Below are positions 62,958-64,000 of a DNA stretch of 64,000 bases, piece after piece. The translations under genes and the position numbers were made by a program. The notes under the pieces are model-generated. The model was not told the DNA's origin. It worked only from the letters and a program-made list of their open reading frames with translations, and made no database searches. The stretch's first letter is position 1; each line of letters begins with the position of its first letter. Origin of the DNA: a virus. The stretch spans positions 1 through 64,000 of IMG/VR virus record IMGVR_UViG_3300017743_000002; one strand, 5' to 3'.

Positions 62958-64000
62958 TTATAAAAACTTTTTTAATTCACTTATTACCATATCTGAAGTA
63001 ATCTCCTTAGTACACTCAAATTGTCTGTTAGTACCCTTATGGTCAGGACACCAATCCCAATCACCAGCATCTAATCCTAATCGGTTAAAACATCCACTAC
63101 ACTTTCCTTTAGGTGAACCGATTCTTACACAATCTTTCATTTCTGCCCAAAGCTCTGAGAATCCACTAATCAAAACTGTCTTTGTTCCTAACGCCCAACT
63201 TAACCAACTCAATCCACTACCAATACCAATGAATGCTTTTGATTTAGCCATTTCATCCATAACTGATTCTAATGGTCCTTCTGGGTGTTTTATTATTCCC
63301 TTTGGGTGTGTGTTACCCATATAGTTATCACCCTCTTTTGAAAGTAATTTAACTTTATAGCCTTTATCATTTAACCAATCTACTACATCCTGCCAACCAG
63401 TTGGGTTGTTCCAATATTTTGGTTGAGCAGTTCCATGTATTGCTATTGTGATTAGTTTATCATCTTTCTCAACATTTCTATCTTTTAACTTTGGTTTTAT
63501 TTCTTTATATTCCAATCCTAATATGTCAGTTGCCATTTTTTGCATAGTAACTTCTTTTGGGTCTGTTGGATTTTTAAAGTAATCAATACTACCATCATTA
63601 TAAAATAATCCCAAATTGTACATAGCATATAAATTAGGAACAACATCACCTGGCTTCACAAACTCAATATTAGGATATTGTTTTTTTAACATATCATTAT
63701 GAAATGTAGATGTAACTATTTTACAATTATGTTGTTTACCAAACTCCTCAACATATGGAAACCATGCCAATGTATCTCCCAATGCTTTTGAATCTAGTGC
63801 AATATAAACTCGCTTATTAGTTGCATTATAATTTTTTTCAACTACAAGTTTATCGTTTTGCCAAACTCTAATTGTCCAATCTACGAAATATCTAATATTA
63901 GATTTAGCCCAATGATTTGTTTTTAGTTCAGTTTCATAATGTATAAAATTTGTTTTTTTATCTATAAATTCAACTCTATATGTTAAATTCTCTGAACCTA
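62958..64000 (-). CDS. Aah/TibC-family protein O-heptosyltransferase (5' end outside the window)
   Basis: Frame is open to base 64000 (...YRVEFID...WAKSNIRYFVDWTIRVW...RVYIALDSKALGDTLAWFPYVEEF). Also 'KYWNNPTGW', 'FIGIGSGLSWLSWA', 'LISGFS' and the four-Cys motif CSGC-x13-WCP-x9-ECT. The track's start at 63782 is an internal TTG. Confidence 0.9.
   Translation of the reverse strand, partial: GSENLTYRVEFIDKKTNFIHYETELKTNHWAKSNIRYFVDWTIRVWQNDKLVVEKNYNATNKRVYIALDSKALGDTLAWFPYVEEFGKQHNCKIVTSTFHNDMLKKQYPNIEFVKPGDVVPNLYAMYNLGLFYNDGSIDYFKNPTDPKEVTMQKMATDILGLEYKEIKPKLKDRNVEKDDKLITIAIHGTAQPKYWNNPTGWQDVVDWLNDKGYKVKLLSKEGDNYMGNTHPKGIIKHPEGPLESVMDEMAKSKAFIGIGSGLSWLSWALGTKTVLISGFSELWAEMKDCVRIGSPKGKCSGCFNRLGLDAGDWDWCPDHKGTNRQFECTKEITSDMVISELKKFL

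Noticed and set aside
63780-63782. ORF-track start (TTG) for the heptosyltransferase
   Set aside because: It is the Leu of the conserved LGD motif; the frame stays open to base 64000.
1-64000. Stop-codon reassignment, tRNA/rRNA genes, introns or inteins in terminase, portal or capsid
   Set aside because: Genes are full length in the standard code with TAA, TAG and TGA all used as stops; intergenic gaps are short with no cloverleaf seen; core proteins have normal lengths and no intein motifs.

Overview
AT-rich (roughly one-third GC) segment of a large T4-like (gp23/gp20/gp17-type) dsDNA phage, probably a jumbo phage. Every credible gene is on the minus strand. In transcription order (right to left): (1) an Aah/TibC-family protein O-heptosyltransferase (5'-truncated by the window) followed by split HldC and HldA ADP-heptose biosynthesis genes; (2) a 1129-aa HxGH-nucleotidyltransferase/KxDG fusion, a membrane (spanin-like) protein and the large terminase; (3) the head module: portal, putative internal head proteins, prohead protease, scaffold, major capsid protein and a terminator; (4) neck/tail-completion gp13, gp14 and gp15; (5) about 41 kb of giant Ser/Gly/Thr-rich virion proteins of 5931 aa, 3585 aa and at least 3123 aa. 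The last is missing from the ORF track because it runs off the left end. Best candidates for undescribed biology: (a) a phage-encoded ADP-heptose plus iron-finger heptosyltransferase system next to virion proteins saturated with [ST]-[GAS]-S motifs and proline-free Gly-X-Y tracts, suggesting a heptose-coated virion; (b) 17 domains in the 5931-aa protein that match the phycobiliprotein C-x-R-D chromophore-binding signature and its spacing; (c) a four-deep nested domain cassette repeated six times in that protein; (d) type-1 copper (cupredoxin-like) modules inside a fibre; (e) modular head proteins punctuated by prohead-protease-type sites. A Bacteroidota host is weakly suggested. All family calls come from motif recognition by eye, not database searches, and internal domain boundaries are approximate.
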